64,000 nucleotides of DNA, taken from assembly GCA_002104905.1 (NCBI GenBank), contig MCFE01000065.1:62001-126000 (forward strand), in the 5' to 3' direction. Position numbers and translations under genes: made by a program. The notes under the pieces were generated by a model. The model did not search any database. It worked only from the letters and a program-made list of their open reading frames with translations, and was not told the origin of the DNA. This DNA comes from Basidiobolus meristosporus CBS 931.73 (Eukaryota > Fungi > Basidiobolomycota). Shown in pieces: positions 61,921-64,000 of this stretch (position 1 is the first letter of the stretch; each line of letters begins with the position of its first letter).

Positions 61921-63511
61921 ATTAGACTCCTTCATCTCGTATAAATACGTTTCTCCCACTCTCCACGTGAGAATTGTGGCTATCTTATTCTCATTCCACC
62001 TAGTCAGACAATCATTTTTCCTGTTTCTGTACAATAAAATGACTCCACCCATTAGCCTCTGATATGCATACATGGGCTGGTTGCGAGAGATTTTCGATCA
62101 ACCAAGCTAAATACATCGTGTAGACCCACTTCCTATAAATACGAACCAGGAAATTTGTTGGCGCCGGAAGGGTCTTACGATTGGTCACTTGGCAGAGATA
62201 TCCCTTATTCAACCTACTGCGAAGATTACTCCGAATACTCGGGAATTTCTTCTATTCCATGAACCTGTTTATGTGTCCAGGGGTAACTGATGAACTAGCC
62301 CGTATATTGCTTGGCCAAAAGAGGCTCAGTTGCAATCCGTTGCACCTCTGCAGCCACTGCTCTGGCAATGTCTGGATGCATATGCCTTTGAGTTCAGCGA
62401 GTTTGATTTTGTATCCAGAATCAGGGGGGGTCCGGGGATTTTGTGCGGAAGCACCTCGCTTACCACTCTAATATAGATTAAGTGATGCGCAGGCCATAGT
62501 GGAAATAACAACACACAGAGAAATCCCACCCGAAGTGGCGAAATAGGAGGCTATCGGCCACAAATATAAGAACCTTACCCAGCGGTTGTATTTGAGCGAA
62601 GGAGCTTTTTGGTTGACTTTCACCAAGTCCATTAACTTCAGTATTTTGAGATGTGGCGAACACTGATCATGATCCTTGGAATTTACTCCGCTACTGTTCA
62701 TTCAAGTCTAATTTTGCAGGACATGTTGCATCATAGGATCTGGGGTTCTGCTTCTCTGGGTGTGTATATTGAGGTGTTTGTTGGCGTTGCAGGCTATTTA
62801 CATTCCTATGTTCGTAAGGTGTTTGCGCCGGACCAAGCAAAATTAAGTGGTATTCCCGAACCAAACCTATTTTCCCAAAGTATGTCCCTTTCATAACCCA
62901 TTTCTAGTTCACCATCTTTAGAGTGCGTAAGACGGATCGGGTACGAAGCGAATGAATTCGGCTTGTGCCGCGAAGCAGGTGAGGTAGGTGCGTTTAGCGG
63001 GCAGAAACTCTGTTGAACCGGGGTTCACTTTGACTCTTGCCTGTTTAGCTCGGCACCTCTTGTGGGGGTGTAAGGATAAACCCAAAGACATTAGGTGTCT
63101 ATCGAGGGTCGACAAAATGTAAACTGGGATTATCTTGCAAACAAAGTCGCCGCTTTCCAAACATCCCAGGAAAATGCCTGCCCGTCCTATAATCCCATAA
63201 ACCCGACTCACCACCACGGGCTGTAATCGAAAGCAGCGGCCCTGCTCTTCTAGATTCTCGTAACCCAGTCGTAACAAATGTTGGAGATCCTCCTTGTAAA
63301 TACATAGCTATATATATATACAGATGTATTCAAAGATTTCGTTGATTTTGGTTTGCTGTTCTATTCCCTGCCATGCCTGACGATTTTATCAACCACAAAA
63401 TCTAATCAATCCCATTAAAGACTCAATGTGAATAACCTTTGCTCATACAAATCCTCGGATAAACTCGCTTGCTAGTCAATAGTAGGCTAAGGTTGGTGAT
63501 TAGAGTCAAAC

Positions 63512-63651
63512 TGAGTCATGTGATCCTTGAGTCCTTGTTGCACAAACTGTAACAATAGCACTTGGATAGGTGGTTGTAGCTAGAGCTCAACCATTCTGTA
63601 CCTTCCAATTCCTAGCGTGATACTACGCTTGCTCTGACGCAAGATGAGTCA
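63512..63651. promoter_or_regulatory. Two perfect Gcn4/CpcA-type AP-1 sites (TGAGTCA) upstream of HOM2
   Basis: TGAGTCA at 63512-63518 and 63645-63651, 174-313 bp upstream of the ATG. Confidence 0.55.
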
Positions 63652-63824
63652 CATCATGATTTCGGGAGCTTCTTTTGGATAGCGATAATCCTCTGCCATG
63701 ATTTTTGGCGATATTTTGCTACATAAATATGTGGGCTTCACAAACCGGCAGTGATTTGTTTGATCATTGGTGTAGTTTATTACTACTCTTTTCACTTGCT
63801 GTACCTCTACTTCACTCGTTGAAC

Positions 63825-64000
63825 ATGTCTTCCGGAAAATCTTACAACGTAGGCATTTTGGGTGCCACCGGTACCGTCGGACAGCGCTTCATCTCGCTTT
63901 TGGCCACTCACCCTGAATTCAAAGTCCATGCTCTTGGCGCGTCTGCTCGCTCGGCTGGAAAGCCATATCCCTCAGCAGTAAAGTGGAAGATGAGCTCCCC
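63825..64000 (+). CDS. HOM2: Aspartate-semialdehyde dehydrogenase, 5' part (runs off the window)
   Basis: [55 protein letters not shown] is the fungal ASADH Rossmann N-terminus. Confidence 0.93.
   Translation, partial: MSSGKSYNVGILGATGTVGQRFISLLATHPEFKVHALGASARSAGKPYPSAVKWKMSS

Noticed and set aside
62100-63700. Possible spliced minus-strand gene between SPC97 and HOM2 (good GTGAGT donor near 63205; peptide EDLQHLLRLGYENLEEQG)
   Set aside because: I could not join the exons in frame or recognise a product. It needs RNA-seq.

Overview
Gene-dense eukaryotic DNA from an early-diverging fungus. Introns are short (about 55-70 bp, mostly GT-AG). The gene content suggests Zoopagomycota/Mucoromycota; a Basidiobolus-like source is only a guess. 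About 24 protein-coding loci are supported, including a plant/bacterial-type M49 peptidase (3' end only), a C2 protein, CHO2, EAF7, an animal-type 4E-BP, a WW/Pro-rich repeat protein, a Ulp2-like SUMO protease, a bacterial-like GNAT, two acyl-CoA ligases, a tandem chitin deacetylase (CE4) array with pseudogenes and conversion-like tracts, a PAQR gene with an apparent frameshift, an F-box/CxxC protein, an OST-alpha/TMEM184 protein, a CBM18-GPI protein, an MFSD1-like transporter, UBR7/Mlo2, SPC97/GCP2 and the start of HOM2. The most striking unexplained structure is a pair of ~349-bp solo LTRs (TGTTGTAA...TTACA[A/G]CA, near-perfect 5-bp TSDs) at 40510-40858 (minus) and 50400-50747 (plus). Each is inserted at the same position inside an older, diverged LTR of the same family, in opposite orientations, which suggests a self-targeting, sequence-specific LTR retroelement. 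No rRNA, tRNA or CRISPR array could be supported. All alignments and identity estimates were made by eye.
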